From: a virus
Taxonomy: Duplodnaviria > Caudoviricetes
Strand: one strand, 5' to 3'
Virus record (IMG/VR): IMGVR_UViG_3300032038_000018
Location: 32,001-96,000 of that record
Length of the DNA: 64,000 bases
Shown here: positions 29,189-40,509 of the stretch, one piece after another
Layout: each line of letters opens with the position of its first letter
Position numbering within the stretch: the first letter of the stretch is position 1
Made by a program: the position numbers and the translations under genes
The notes under the pieces: model-generated
What the model saw: only the letters and a program-made list of their open reading frames with translations
The model's database searches: none
Told to the model about the DNA's origin: nothing

Positions 29189-31333
29189 ATGTCACTATTA
29201 AACAATGCGAGAGAAATCTCGGAAACGAAAATTGATAAACACGTTAGACGACCAATAGTAACAAACATTTTGGACAATGACAGCGTTAATGATATCAACT
29301 ACACGACAATTCGTGTTGATATGAATACCATTGATAGTTTCTTTGCACAGTCTAAGAAATTTGACTTAGATGAGATCCTCAAGAATCTCAAATCATGGAA
29401 AGACTTCTATCAGTGCTGTGTGTATTATATGATGTATGGTGTTTCTGATGAAGTTATGAGATATAGAACCGTCATCATATATAGGAGCACTGATCCTAAC
29501 TTTAAACCAATGTGCATATCTGTTATAAAGCTTGCTTGTAACATGGTATTATTCTATGCATTGGTTAAGCTTGACTGTACTGATATCATATCAAATGATA
29601 TGATAGTAATTAAGCCATATGCTTTAACAGCTAATTATATCCAGAGCTTTATTAACAAGTACATCATATATGCTGATGGTGTTAATAAGTATGACAAATG
29701 TAAGATTATAGATGACATATGCTTCCATTATGTATCACTTGCAAAGGCATTCGGCGATATCATAGGCATAGGTCTTTCTATAAGAACATTCTATGATGTA
29801 ATGAAACGCTCCGATGATCTTCGTGATGCGTTTAATGCGCAAATCGATCCTACAAAACAGCCTAAGGAAATAGAGGAAGCTATAACTGCTCAGGTAAAGA
29901 AAATAGCTGGTGCATTATCTGAGTCTAATAATGAAATCCAGACACTATTTAGGTCAGGTAGCATTATTACTCCCGGACAGGTTGGCGAAGTTTCTGTAGC
30001 AGTTGGATTTAAATCTGACCTTGATAATAATACTATTCCTATAGCATGTATGAATAATATTATGATAACAGGTCTGACCAATCCTTCCGATAAATATATA
30101 GACTCAGTTGGTGGTAGAAAAGCTGCTATCAACTCAAAGCTTGGCATATCCAAACCCGGCGCCATTTCTAAGATGATGAATGCCAATGCTGGAGACTTTA
30201 CTTTAAGACACAATATGGAAATGTGTAACACGGACACATTTATCAATTTTGAAGTAAAGAATGATGCATATCTCAGAGGTATCGAAGGACATTGGTATTA
30301 CGATGATAATAATGAGCTTCAGTATGTAAGACCAACAGATGTTCATCTTATAGGTAAAACTATAAAGAAAAGATCTGCTATAACATGTATGTGTGGTGAT
30401 ACTGAAACTTGCAGATATTGTTATCCCAAGATACTGACAGAATGTAATGAAATGTATGCATCTATCGGTTCTATTGCAGCACTTGTAATGGGTGAACCTT
30501 TAGGACAGATGATGCTTTCAACTAAACACTTCAATGGCACGAATTCATCATATATTAAATTCTCTGATGATTTCTATAATGACTTTGAGATGAATCTCTC
30601 AGATGTACACTTAAAAGAAATTGATTCAGATATGATGTACATAGCAATCCCTGAAATCATTAAAGGCGATCCTGAAGATGATTTAGCTGAATACAGATGC
30701 ACGTATTTTAATGTGCTTGATAAGCATAGCAATTTACTGTATACTGTAGAAGAAGAATCGGGTGCTAATATATACATAGTAGGTATCATGGAATCTATCC
30801 TTAAGACATATAAGCCCAAGGATAGAACTTCTATGCTAGTCAATATCTACAATGATGGCATAATGGAATCAGATGAACCATTATTCATGATAGAGGTTGC
30901 ATCTGCTCAAGCTAACGATGCAGCTAATAAAGTTAGCAAACTTCTTAAGACTAAAGATAAATGTGGATGTCAAACATATGAGGATCTCTTATATGCTCTC
31001 ATTGATACTTATCTTGGTTCCGGTCTTGAGATGAACTTTGCTCACTTTGAAGTAATGATAAGAACTCTTCTTAGAAAAGCTTCTAATGAATATGATTATC
31101 CTGACTTCACTGCTAATGGAAATAAAGATGACTATGTAATACTGTCTCTTAGTGATTCACTGTATAAATCTCCATCTCCTACAATTTCTCTTAGATCTTC
31201 CAATCTTAAGAAACAATTTATAGATGCTGGTTTGTATAGTAGTGATAAGATGAAACCGTCTCATCTGGATGTATTCTTTGCAGAGAATCCATATGATGTA
31301 TTACCGGCAATAATGCTGTCGGATGAAGACTAA
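29189..31333 (+). CDS. RNA polymerase beta-prime subunit, C-terminal part (probably non-virion RNAP)
   Basis: Bridge-helix-like GGRKAAINSK...PG, Zn site RSAITC..TCRYCY, trigger-loop-like GSIAALVMGEPLGQMMLSTKH, HFEVMIR. Confidence 0.88.
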   Translation: MSLLNNAREISETKIDKHVRRPIVTNILDNDSVNDINYTTIRVDMNTIDSFFAQSKKFDLDEILKNLKSWKDFYQCCVYYMMYGVSDEVMRYRTVIIYRSTDPNFKPMCISVIKLACNMVLFYALVKLDCTDIISNDMIVIKPYALTANYIQSFINKYIIYADGVNKYDKCKIIDDICFHYVSLAKAFGDIIGIGLSIRTFYDVMKRSDDLRDAFNAQIDPTKQPKEIEEAITAQVKKIAGALSESNNEIQTLFRSGSIITPGQVGEVSVAVGFKSDLDNNTIPIACMNNIMITGLTNPSDKYIDSVGGRKAAINSKLGISKPGAISKMMNANAGDFTLRHNMEMCNTDTFINFEVKNDAYLRGIEGHWYYDDNNELQYVRPTDVHLIGKTIKKRSAITCMCGDTETCRYCYPKILTECNEMYASIGSIAALVMGEPLGQMMLSTKHFNGTNSSYIKFSDDFYNDFEMNLSDVHLKEIDSDMMYIAIPEIIKGDPEDDLAEYRCTYFNVLDKHSNLLYTVEEESGANIYIVGIMESILKTYKPKDRTSMLVNIYNDGIMESDEPLFMIEVASAQANDAANKVSKLLKTKDKCGCQTYEDLLYALIDTYLGSGLEMNFAHFEVMIRTLLRKASNEYDYPDFTANGNKDDYVILSLSDSLYKSPSPTISLRSSNLKKQFIDAGLYSSDKMKPSHLDVFFAENPYDVLPAIMLSDED

Positions 31334-31434
31334 TCAAATACGCATGCAGGTAAATCTGCATGCGTATTATTTTAAACATCATCGAGTACATTTATATATA
31401 TTATAGTCGAAATAATATAAAGGAGGACATTACC

Positions 31435-31626
31435 ATGCCCGTAACAGCTATATCCCATGAGTTCTATGTCATTAATGAGGATGACGTTAAGAAGATGATA
31501 CGTGTTGTATTCCCCCAGATGAAAAAGAATGAACAGATCTGGGCAACATGCAACATTTCTAGTCATAAGTATCATCTGGATAAACCTTTGGACTCCAGAA
31601 GGAGGAGAGTATTCAATGCCGAATAG
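31435..31626 (+). CDS. Small hypothetical protein
   Basis: AGGAGG RBS before MPVT; TATATATTATA at 31395. Confidence 0.55.
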   Translation: MPVTAISHEFYVINEDDVKKMIRVVFPQMKKNEQIWATCNISSHKYHLDKPLDSRRRRVFNAE

Positions 31627-33088
31627 AGTTATCCGTAAAACGATAACCGGAATGGTACTTGAAAACTATCAAGCTGGAGATTTACTCCAGCTTGAGAGAC
31701 AAACTTCGGTTTATGATAAATTATATCATAAACATGTACCAACATCTGGTTTTATACTAGACAATGAATTTGCGACATATAAGTTTGACGAGAATTATCT
31801 AAGATCTATAACATATAATTCGCCATATAAAGATTTTGTAATCGAGAATATACCTCTTGAATTAGGTGAACCAACTTTACCTTATAAGAGTAATATCAGA
31901 TTACAAAAAAATCAACGCGTGATATTTGATAAGATGCTTTCATCTACTAAAAATCAAATATTCTTAAACATTCCTACCGCAACAGGAAAGACAGTATTAG
32001 CTGTAAACTATATCTCTAAGATTCAGACTAAGACAATCATAGTTTGTTTCAAAAAGAAGATACTGCATCAGTGGTATGATACATTTGTAGAAAAGACCAC
32101 TATCGACCCAAGCAGAATTAAAATAATAGATTCATGTCAGTATCTATATGATATCATCTCAGGAGATGAAGATCATAATGATACCGATATATGGTTAATA
32201 ACCCAATCGCTCATAACTACATTTTTTAATGATAATGGTTGGGATATGCTTCCTGAGTTATTTGCATTTATGGGCATAGGCTTTAAAGTTATTGACGAAG
32301 CACATAGATGTTTCGGAGCTACTATCAAGATAAATGCATATACGAGCATACGTACGTTATATCTAAGTGCTGATTATAATCAAGCTAATGCAGATATACG
32401 AAAGATGTTCTATGAAGCATTAAAAGACGCCGATCTATTAACATACGATGCTGAGACAATGAATGATCTGAAGCATATAACATGTGTGCAATATGAATAC
32501 AATTCATTCCCGAGAGATGAGGATATCTTTGTGATTACCAATCCTGCTAAGAAGAATAAATATCATTGGGATCATTTTGGATATACCAAATATCAAATGA
32601 AGAATTGTACTGTATATGATCATTTGATGAAAATTATCGATCAGATAATAAAGACTAATATGACAAGTGATAGTGGTAAGCCATATAAGATATTGATACT
32701 CACTAATATGATAGATGCAGTCGATAGAATATACGATATGCTAAAGCATAAAGTAAAGCGTACTATAACCAGATATCATACTAGGATACCTAAAGAAGAA
32801 GTTTCAAAATGTTTTGATGGCGATATTATCATCTCTACGTATCAAGCATTTGCCGAGGGTATAGATATCACGACGCCACAAATTCAACATGTAATATCTC
32901 TTAATCCTGTAGATCCCGTAACAGCAAATCAGTCTGCGGGCAGATGCAGACCTATACCGGATACGATGTCTTATTATTGGATGCTGGTCGATATGGGTTT
33001 CGAGTATTGTAGAAATACAGAAACCAGAGTTACAAACTATTTAGCTAGATCAAAAATTGGTAAAATATCAAGGATTGATGCAACGTGA
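31616..33088 (+). CDS. Superfamily 2 DNA helicase (UvsW-like)
   Basis: PTATGKT, DEAH, LSA, EGID, QSAGRCR. Confidence 0.88.
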   Translation: MPNRVIRKTITGMVLENYQAGDLLQLERQTSVYDKLYHKHVPTSGFILDNEFATYKFDENYLRSITYNSPYKDFVIENIPLELGEPTLPYKSNIRLQKNQRVIFDKMLSSTKNQIFLNIPTATGKTVLAVNYISKIQTKTIIVCFKKKILHQWYDTFVEKTTIDPSRIKIIDSCQYLYDIISGDEDHNDTDIWLITQSLITTFFNDNGWDMLPELFAFMGIGFKVIDEAHRCFGATIKINAYTSIRTLYLSADYNQANADIRKMFYEALKDADLLTYDAETMNDLKHITCVQYEYNSFPRDEDIFVITNPAKKNKYHWDHFGYTKYQMKNCTVYDHLMKIIDQIIKTNMTSDSGKPYKILILTNMIDAVDRIYDMLKHKVKRTITRYHTRIPKEEVSKCFDGDIIISTYQAFAEGIDITTPQIQHVISLNPVDPVTANQSAGRCRPIPDTMSYYWMLVDMGFEYCRNTETRVTNYLARSKIGKISRIDAT

Positions 33089-33669
33089 TATCAATTCTAC
33101 GTACACTATTAGCTGTAAATGAAATTAAACTATATTCTGCATGTACAAGGTTTGGCAGTCCTCAACTAGATATTGCTCAAGGATTTGCCAGACCGGATTA
33201 TAGTATCAAACTTTCATTTATACATACTGTAACTAAGAACAAGTTCAAGATTACACCTCAAAATCTGTATAATGTAGTACATAATTTAGAGATTGCAGTA
33301 AATTGGTTTTATGATCCTAATATGAAAGATATGTTTTACATTGAAGATGAAATATTAAACTTTAACTATGATTATGCAAAGTTATATGTCAATGCATCTT
33401 CTCCTGATGGAAATCATATAGAGATACGACCAGTAGTTGATTACTCAAGATCTGAAAGAGGTAATGAAGGAATAGTTATGTACATCAATGATACAGAAAG
33501 TCAGACTATTATGCAGAGAAGTGATCTTGAAGCATTTTATATCACCTTGAAGAACTTTTCATTTCAGACAGAAGCGTTATTACTACTATATGAGCTAGAC
33601 CGATCCGTAAAAGAGTATGTTGATAATGGAGGAACCATAAATGACACAGACACCTACAATTTTATCTGA
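33085..33669 (+). CDS. Hypothetical protein
   Basis: GTGA overlap with the helicase stop. Confidence 0.65.
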   Translation: MISILRTLLAVNEIKLYSACTRFGSPQLDIAQGFARPDYSIKLSFIHTVTKNKFKITPQNLYNVVHNLEIAVNWFYDPNMKDMFYIEDEILNFNYDYAKLYVNASSPDGNHIEIRPVVDYSRSERGNEGIVMYINDTESQTIMQRSDLEAFYITLKNFSFQTEALLLLYELDRSVKEYVDNGGTINDTDTYNFI

Positions 33670-34396
33670 TGCAAAGAGCTATGATATATCGTATATCATA
33701 TCAGATGATGGATACGTCTATAATGCCGTGGCTTATGATAAGAATAATATCGATTTCGATTATAAGTACGCGTACATTATAGACGATGTATTTCTTCCCT
33801 ATAGAGGAGAATACAGAGAGAAGAAATCTTCTCTTCCCGGATTATATTCCAAAGATAAAGATCATGTCATAATAATGCCGACAGAGGCAGAGCTCGAAGA
33901 ATATAAAGCAGAGACTCATTATGGCAGAATAGACATTGATGCTTTATATGATGGCATTGTTGCTAAAGAAGATACATTCCAGATATATGCAGATGGAAAG
34001 AATGCATATATTCCCGATATATCTATTAACGATGATCCGTTTAAGAGAGCACTTAAAGAAGCTATCATTACTAAAGGTATTGATATAGATTCTATTAAGG
34101 ATAGATTCTCAGATCGAAATGCGGTATTCAACTTCAAGAGTGTAATGAAAGGAGACAACAAAGTCTCTACTCTTATTTTCGAAAGAGGTTGCGAAGCATT
34201 TGGCTTAGGATATTGCATAATACTTTTCGATAAGGATAAAAACAATATCATAGGTCATCCTATAGACAGCAAGGAGACCGAACAGAAAATAAATACTATA
34301 AGGAAACAGACAGGAATAGTATCAAATGGTATTCCTGAGGGATATTCTATTATAGTATCCGATACAGACAAGATCGAAATAAAAGGAGATCTCTAA
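33641..34396 (+). CDS. Hypothetical protein
   Basis: GGAGG RBS; coupled to sbcC-like gene. Confidence 0.7.
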   Translation: MTQTPTILSDAKSYDISYIISDDGYVYNAVAYDKNNIDFDYKYAYIIDDVFLPYRGEYREKKSSLPGLYSKDKDHVIIMPTEAELEEYKAETHYGRIDIDALYDGIVAKEDTFQIYADGKNAYIPDISINDDPFKRALKEAIITKGIDIDSIKDRFSDRNAVFNFKSVMKGDNKVSTLIFERGCEAFGLGYCIILFDKDKNNIIGHPIDSKETEQKINTIRKQTGIVSNGIPEGYSIIVSDTDKIEIKGDL

Positions 34397-37050
34397 TGAA
34401 GATTACTTTATTAGAATTGACTAATTTCGCGGCTATATATGTGGGTCTGAGACGAGAACGTCTCAGACTCGACTTTTCTAAATTTGATAATATAATAACC
34501 ATCATAGTTGGCGAAATGGGTACTGGTAAAACTACCATATTATCTCAACTTCATCCATGGTCTAATATAGGAGTATTGGATGAGAGAAACTCAGATCAGA
34601 TGATTAGATCTGAAAAAGACGGAATAAAACACATAGTATTTAAAGACGGAAATGATACATTCGATATAGTCCATAAATATACATGGACTAAAGACCATCA
34701 TTCTACTAAATCATTTTTTAAATTTAATGGAGAAGAATTGAACCCAAATGGAAATGTATCTTCTTTTAAAGATATAGTAACTAAAATGATGGGTGTTGAC
34801 CAATCATATCTAAGAATAACTAGGCTCGGTCCTAATGTATCTAATCTAATAGATATGCCATGGAACCAACGTAAATCATATGTTGCATCTATAATAGAGA
34901 ATGTAGATATCTATACTAATATCTTAGTAGAGATAAGAAACATGATAAAGTCATGTGATGCTGAATTATCTGCTCTTACCAAACAAGTTATGGGTGTAAC
35001 AGATGATGAACTAAAGAATATGAAAATACAATTAGTAGAATTAGATAAATCATTAGATGATGATTCTAAAAAGATACTAAATATGTATGCTGATATACAA
35101 CAGATAGTATCAGAGAATAATCTGATACTAGGTAAATATGAAAATGATATATCAGCTGCTAAAGGAAAAATAAATAGCAGACTATCTAGAAATAGAGATA
35201 AACAATCTGATTTATCTAATAGGATAAGAGAGCTTGATGGAAATATTGACATAAATACAGTCATGATGGAAATCGGTAGCATATCTGCTAATATAGACAA
35301 TACTAAACAGAATAGATCTCTACTTGAGGATCAATACAATACATTATCTGTACAACTAAATCAATTAGAGACTAAGAAGAATAATTCAGCAGATTCACGG
35401 TATATGGAAGAGCTCATAAAGAATTATCAAGATCTGGTTAATAAGGTATCATTCTATAATGAGCAATTAGCTAATTATAAGCCCGGAATGACATCTGCCG
35501 AAATAAATAGTCTAATATCCGATATACGGACATTAGATGAAATAATATTTGCTACCAGATCTTACAATAGACATATTCTAAATGATATCTTATCATCATC
35601 TATGAATAATCCTGTATCATATGCTAAAGAGCAGATAAGTAAGTTACAGGAGAGAATAATCAAATTAAAAAGACATATATCCAATCTCAGATATCTTGAA
35701 TCATATAACGTAACTAGTGAATTACCTGAGATAACTAATAAAGAATGTCTGTTATGTCCTTATTATACTACACATCCAAATATAGCTAAGAAAACAAATC
35801 AAGGGAAGACAGAATCTAAGATAAAAGAAATAAATGCTGAGATAGAAGAATGCCAGAATAAAATTAACTTGTATGATGATTACTCTGTGGTAAATACCAA
35901 GATAGAGCAATGCAAACGTTTATTCTATAATATAAAAGATAGTGTACAAAAGCTTAGTGCACTTAAGTCTTATGATATTAAAGGCATACTGCTATCTAAC
36001 AATGTGTGGTATGATTATGATAAAATAATTACAGAGCTAGAGTTGGCTGTAAACTATAATGACAGAAATATTATATCATCAAAACTAATTGATCTGAAAG
36101 CTGAGATAGACAGATATGAGCATTTAAATTTAGATGAAATAGTTAAGCAGATAAAATCTAAATCTGATATGCTGGAAGATACTAAAACTGCAATTAAAGA
36201 ATGCGATGACAATATAACTAAGCTTAATGGTGAATTAGAGCGTCTTAATAAAGTAATGAATGATTACACTATAATAGATGATCTGAAAAGAGATCTATCT
36301 GTAGTGGAAAAATTACTCGAAGATGATGACAAACTATTGGAAGAATTACTAAAAGATTCCGATAAATTGCAATCAAATAAATTCGATTTAAATGATTTAC
36401 AAGATAGGTTCGACCACTTACAGGGACAATACAATTCAAACAAAACAAACTACGAAAAGTTATCCAATACAATCAATATTATAGAGACTAGTAAAGCTCA
36501 GATAAATGATTTACAAGAAAAGAAATACATATATGAATTAATAAAGGATGCATCATCTCCACAGACAGGTATTCCTCTTTTATATGTACAACTATTCTTG
36601 AATGATTGTATTACAATAACTAATCAACTTATATCTATGGTATTGGATGAGTCTGTAGAAATAATGGGTCTAGATTTATCTAAACCTGATATGAAAATCC
36701 CTTATAGAAAAAATGGTCAAATCATGGAAGATGTAAAGAGTGCATCTCAAGGTGAAAGAGCTGCTATATCTTTAGCATTATCATTTGCATTTATGCATAA
36801 ATGCTTAGCTATGAATAAAGGAGATTATAATTATAACATCTTACTTTTAGATGAAATAGATGCTCCATTTGATTCTAATGCCAGAGATAAATGCATTCAG
36901 ATATTAGCTCAACAGATAAAAGTCAATAATGTAGAGCAAGTATTCTTCATTACTCATAATGATAGATACGATGGATATCCAGTTAATGTTATAGCTACAT
37001 CTGACTCACCAAATATAAGAAAAGATGTACCTCTACTGAAAGTATACTAA
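34396..37050 (+). CDS. SbcC/Rad50-like SMC ATPase
   Basis: Walker A GEMGTGKT, long coiled coil with central CLLC hook, signature SQGE, Walker B LLLDEID, H-loop ITH. Confidence 0.92.
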   Translation: MKITLLELTNFAAIYVGLRRERLRLDFSKFDNIITIIVGEMGTGKTTILSQLHPWSNIGVLDERNSDQMIRSEKDGIKHIVFKDGNDTFDIVHKYTWTKDHHSTKSFFKFNGEELNPNGNVSSFKDIVTKMMGVDQSYLRITRLGPNVSNLIDMPWNQRKSYVASIIENVDIYTNILVEIRNMIKSCDAELSALTKQVMGVTDDELKNMKIQLVELDKSLDDDSKKILNMYADIQQIVSENNLILGKYENDISAAKGKINSRLSRNRDKQSDLSNRIRELDGNIDINTVMMEIGSISANIDNTKQNRSLLEDQYNTLSVQLNQLETKKNNSADSRYMEELIKNYQDLVNKVSFYNEQLANYKPGMTSAEINSLISDIRTLDEIIFATRSYNRHILNDILSSSMNNPVSYAKEQISKLQERIIKLKRHISNLRYLESYNVTSELPEITNKECLLCPYYTTHPNIAKKTNQGKTESKIKEINAEIEECQNKINLYDDYSVVNTKIEQCKRLFYNIKDSVQKLSALKSYDIKGILLSNNVWYDYDKIITELELAVNYNDRNIISSKLIDLKAEIDRYEHLNLDEIVKQIKSKSDMLEDTKTAIKECDDNITKLNGELERLNKVMNDYTIIDDLKRDLSVVEKLLEDDDKLLEELLKDSDKLQSNKFDLNDLQDRFDHLQGQYNSNKTNYEKLSNTINIIETSKAQINDLQEKKYIYELIKDASSPQTGIPLLYVQLFLNDCITITNQLISMVLDESVEIMGLDLSKPDMKIPYRKNGQIMEDVKSASQGERAAISLALSFAFMHKCLAMNKGDYNYNILLLDEIDAPFDSNARDKCIQILAQQIKVNNVEQVFFITHNDRYDGYPVNVIATSDSPNIRKDVPLLKVY

Positions 37051-37117
37051 AATATACGGGCATACTATGCCCGTATATTATTTTTTGTAACTTATATATT
37101 ATAATAGTGGAAAGGAG

Positions 37118-37525
37118 ATGATTAATATGACCACAAACGAGTCATATCAAATGTATCTAGACAACCAAGAAGTGTGTGAGATTTGCAACTCACATGCTTC
37201 CGATTTGAGGACAATCGCGGAGAACCGCGATGTGTTCTCACTCCTTAAGGAGGACCTGCCACGCCCTCCAAAACGCAGGAAGGTAATAAAGCTTTTCAAG
37301 GAGAAGTTGGTTATCATCCTAATCGCATTCTGTTGCGCAGCATTGTCCATCCAGCACATAGTGCTGACGATGCACGCAGCAGGTGCAGACGCTCCAATCT
37401 TCTACAAAGGGTGGCAACAAGAAGATTGGTGTATCTGTTTACTAATGCTCATTGCGATGGGCATTGACTACTGCGCACTGCTAGTAGTCAGACGCAACGA
37501 AAGGAGGGTTGAGCATGGAGTTTGA
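37118..37525 (+). CDS. Putative membrane protein (2 TM)
   Basis: Two hydrophobic segments; TATATATTATA at 37093. Confidence 0.6.
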   Translation: MINMTTNESYQMYLDNQEVCEICNSHASDLRTIAENRDVFSLLKEDLPRPPKRRKVIKLFKEKLVIILIAFCCAALSIQHIVLTMHAAGADAPIFYKGWQQEDWCICLLMLIAMGIDYCALLVVRRNERRVEHGV

Positions 37526-37650
37526 TACTTCCATCGTTGTGGTTATAGATTGAATTGAATGATATAATTTAATCTATAACAAATGAAATGAAAATAAGGT
37601 ACCTCAAAAGGGTACCTTATTTTTTTGTTTTTTTTATCGTGCTATGCGAC

Positions 37651-38313
37651 TCAATTAGCCTTAGACTTATTGGGTGCATGTGTGGGGTTCTTGCCCCTCT
37701 CAGAAGTCTGCTTAGATACATCTACGCGCTTCTTGAGATCCTTGCCAGATGCAGTTGTGATATTGGAAGCCTTAGCAGAAGAATTATGCTTAGCCTTAAG
37801 CACATTAGCCCTTGCCTTATTCTCGTACTTGTCAAAGATCTTCTGTCTATTGGTACGCATAAGACCTCTGAACTTCTTATACTTTGCATAGAGAGGATCA
37901 CCCTTCTTGCAAGCTATACGGATGCACTCTCTACGAATAAGACGCTGGCGATTCTTTGCTTTCCAGTCATCAATCTTAAGAGTCTTTATTGCTTCAAGAG
38001 CTCTGGATGCACTAGGAATAAGACCATAAAGTTCCCACTCTACAGCATTCTCCTGTACATAGTCAACGAACTCTGCATCGCTCTCAAAAGATTCACGAAC
38101 TGTATCAAGGAAGATAGTTGCTTCAGCAGCTTCAGTTAATTCAGTATCATCGTCTGCATCTTCAAATACAGGATCAAAGTCAACGTCAAAATCAACGTCA
38201 AAGTCGAAGCTCTCATCAGCAACGTCATCTGCATCTTCGAAATTATCATCGAACGCAATATCATTATCATCATCGTCAAAAGATATAGCGTCGAGCTCTT
38301 CATCTTCAAACAT
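37651..38313 (-). CDS. Probable internal head protein with very acidic N-half and very basic C-half
   Basis: D/F-rich N-terminus, RALE at the charge switch, K/R-rich C-terminus; AAGGAG RBS; AACA-N7-TAAT upstream. Confidence 0.7.
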   Translation of the reverse strand: MFEDEELDAISFDDDDNDIAFDDNFEDADDVADESFDFDVDFDVDFDPVFEDADDDTELTEAAEATIFLDTVRESFESDAEFVDYVQENAVEWELYGLIPSASRALEAIKTLKIDDWKAKNRQRLIRRECIRIACKKGDPLYAKYKKFRGLMRTNRQKIFDKYENKARANVLKAKHNSSAKASNITTASGKDLKKRVDVSKQTSERGKNPTHAPNKSKAN

Positions 38314-38457
38314 TATTGTTTTCCTCCTTTATGAGAATTGGATACGATTTCCGCACCTAATTAACAATGTTGTTCCACAGTGTATTCATATTATATAATT
38401 TAATTATATATTTTAACTCTGACAAAATGGTAAATTTAGTAAAGGAGGATATAAAAA

Positions 38458-40509
38458 ATGACATTCAAAGACGGCTGGATAAAACAGATGTCTGATGTGT
38501 TAAAAATGAATTCATCATCCGATATCAATATGTCAGATGACGAATTAGCATCAGCATTATCTAGCATTTATGATGAACATGTTAATTCACCAAATGTGAG
38601 TTTAGTTAATAACTACAAAGGCTTTGCGGTGCAATGCTCATTAGAAGAAATATTTAACATTATAACGAGTGACAACGCAATCTTAGCCGGTGATGGAGTT
38701 TTATTCCGGAAGCAAAATAAAGAGCTTTCTGATATGGTACCTGTAATTATTAAGTACCAACAAGACAGAAAGAAAGAGAAGAATCTTATGAAGCAGTATG
38801 AGAAAGGTACTGCAGAATATTTATATCATGACAGAAATCAGAGAAACAAGAAAGTTGTCATTAATGCATTATACGGATTATTTGGATATGCTAAGTTTAG
38901 ATTCTTTAATATAAACATAGCACAATCTGTTACTGCATCTGGTCAGTTGATAATATCAACTGCAACATGTTGTTTTGAGAACTTCTTGGCAGACAATACT
39001 AAGTTTATTTTATTTGATGAGTGTATTTTATTCATCAATAGAATGCAATCATTCTATAATAGTTTACCTGAAGAAGATAAACTCTTATTTATGTATCTGC
39101 CAGATATTACACTGGAAGATGCCGTTCATCGTATCAGTGAACATTCATACAGCAACTATACTGCGAATGAAGCAACATATATAATTGACTGTCTAAAGAA
39201 TTTATCGCAAGATGAATTAAAACTTATATATTATAAGAATAATCTAAGGGCATTCAATGATACTGATTATGTGCACAATTTACTACAAGAAATATTTGAC
39301 GCAATCGAACATCTGCAATTGGGTGAATTAACTGCATTCGATTCACCTGAAAAGTTTAATACAATATGCCAACCAAATGCAAAAGGATTGGTTGAGAAAC
39401 TTATTCACTTATATGACATATTTGTTTTAGACACACATCAAGTCTTCGATAGAGTTAGACGTACTAAATATACATCAAAGAAATCTGTAATGTATATTGA
39501 CACCGACTCAAACTTTGTAGCGCTTGAAGAATTTGTAGATTATTTCACAAATACTGTACATGATAAATATAACAATATGGATTCATTCATATTCAAGTGT
39601 ACTTCTATACTAACCATAATAGTATCGCATGTAGTAGCAGAAACATATACTGAATTTGCTAAGAGCATGAATATTGAAATGAGTTATGGTAGTAGAATAC
39701 GAATGAAGAATGAATTCTTATTCTCTATATTAGTATTTGGTACATCTAAGAAGAGATACTTTGGTAAGATGATAATACAAGAGGGCAAACTTATCAAAGA
39801 AGGTAAAGGTGCTATAGAGATAAAAGGTTTTGACTTTAAGAAAGCAGCAACAAAAGTCGAGATCTATGATAAGATATGCAAGATGCTATTTGACACAATA
39901 CTCGACGTAAATCAAATTTCATATGGCGATGTATTAAGAAGTGCCAATGATTTTAAAGAAAACATCAAGAAAGACATTTTAAACGGCAGCAATCTATACT
40001 ACAAACAGTTATCCGTTAGTACACCAGATAAATATAAGAACCCTTATAGTATGCAAGGCATCAAAGGCGTTCTTCTCTGGAATGCTATAGTTGATAAACA
40101 AGATAGGATGGAATTTCCAACGGAAGTTGATATAATTCCTATACCATTTGATAAGTTTAGCGATAAGAAATTCAAAGAGTTTTTGAATAATCCGAAAGCG
40201 TTCTTTGAAGCAAATGGTAGAGATCCTAAGTATAGTGCGTTATACAATTTCTATTCAAATCATAGCGAACAGTTTACACGCATGATTATAACTATGACAG
40301 AACACCCAGATATATGGACAAAATTCCCATCTAGTATAGCTAAACCTAGGGCAATGACAGAATTGCCTGATTGGTTAAAAGATATAATAGATATTGACAC
40401 AATCGTCCATAACAATGTAAACTTAATAAACCCAATTTTAGAGAGTGTTGGCATTCCTATTATCAATGAGAAATTAGGCCCAATGTTTACCACTCTAGTT
40501 AGTCTTTAA
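38458..40509 (+). CDS. Family B DNA polymerase, polymerase-domain subunit (split gene)
   Basis: Motif B KVVINALYG, motif C YIDTDS, KKRY, IKGFD; lacks exonuclease and motif A. Confidence 0.9.
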   Translation: MTFKDGWIKQMSDVLKMNSSSDINMSDDELASALSSIYDEHVNSPNVSLVNNYKGFAVQCSLEEIFNIITSDNAILAGDGVLFRKQNKELSDMVPVIIKYQQDRKKEKNLMKQYEKGTAEYLYHDRNQRNKKVVINALYGLFGYAKFRFFNINIAQSVTASGQLIISTATCCFENFLADNTKFILFDECILFINRMQSFYNSLPEEDKLLFMYLPDITLEDAVHRISEHSYSNYTANEATYIIDCLKNLSQDELKLIYYKNNLRAFNDTDYVHNLLQEIFDAIEHLQLGELTAFDSPEKFNTICQPNAKGLVEKLIHLYDIFVLDTHQVFDRVRRTKYTSKKSVMYIDTDSNFVALEEFVDYFTNTVHDKYNNMDSFIFKCTSILTIIVSHVVAETYTEFAKSMNIEMSYGSRIRMKNEFLFSILVFGTSKKRYFGKMIIQEGKLIKEGKGAIEIKGFDFKKAATKVEIYDKICKMLFDTILDVNQISYGDVLRSANDFKENIKKDILNGSNLYYKQLSVSTPDKYKNPYSMQGIKGVLLWNAIVDKQDRMEFPTEVDIIPIPFDKFSDKKFKEFLNNPKAFFEANGRDPKYSALYNFYSNHSEQFTRMIITMTEHPDIWTKFPSSIAKPRAMTELPDWLKDIIDIDTIVHNNVNLINPILESVGIPIINEKLGPMFTTLVSL

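Noticed and set aside
37588-38139. 183-aa + strand ORF
   Set aside because: Antisense shadow of 37651-38313, which has the RBS and promoter-like motif
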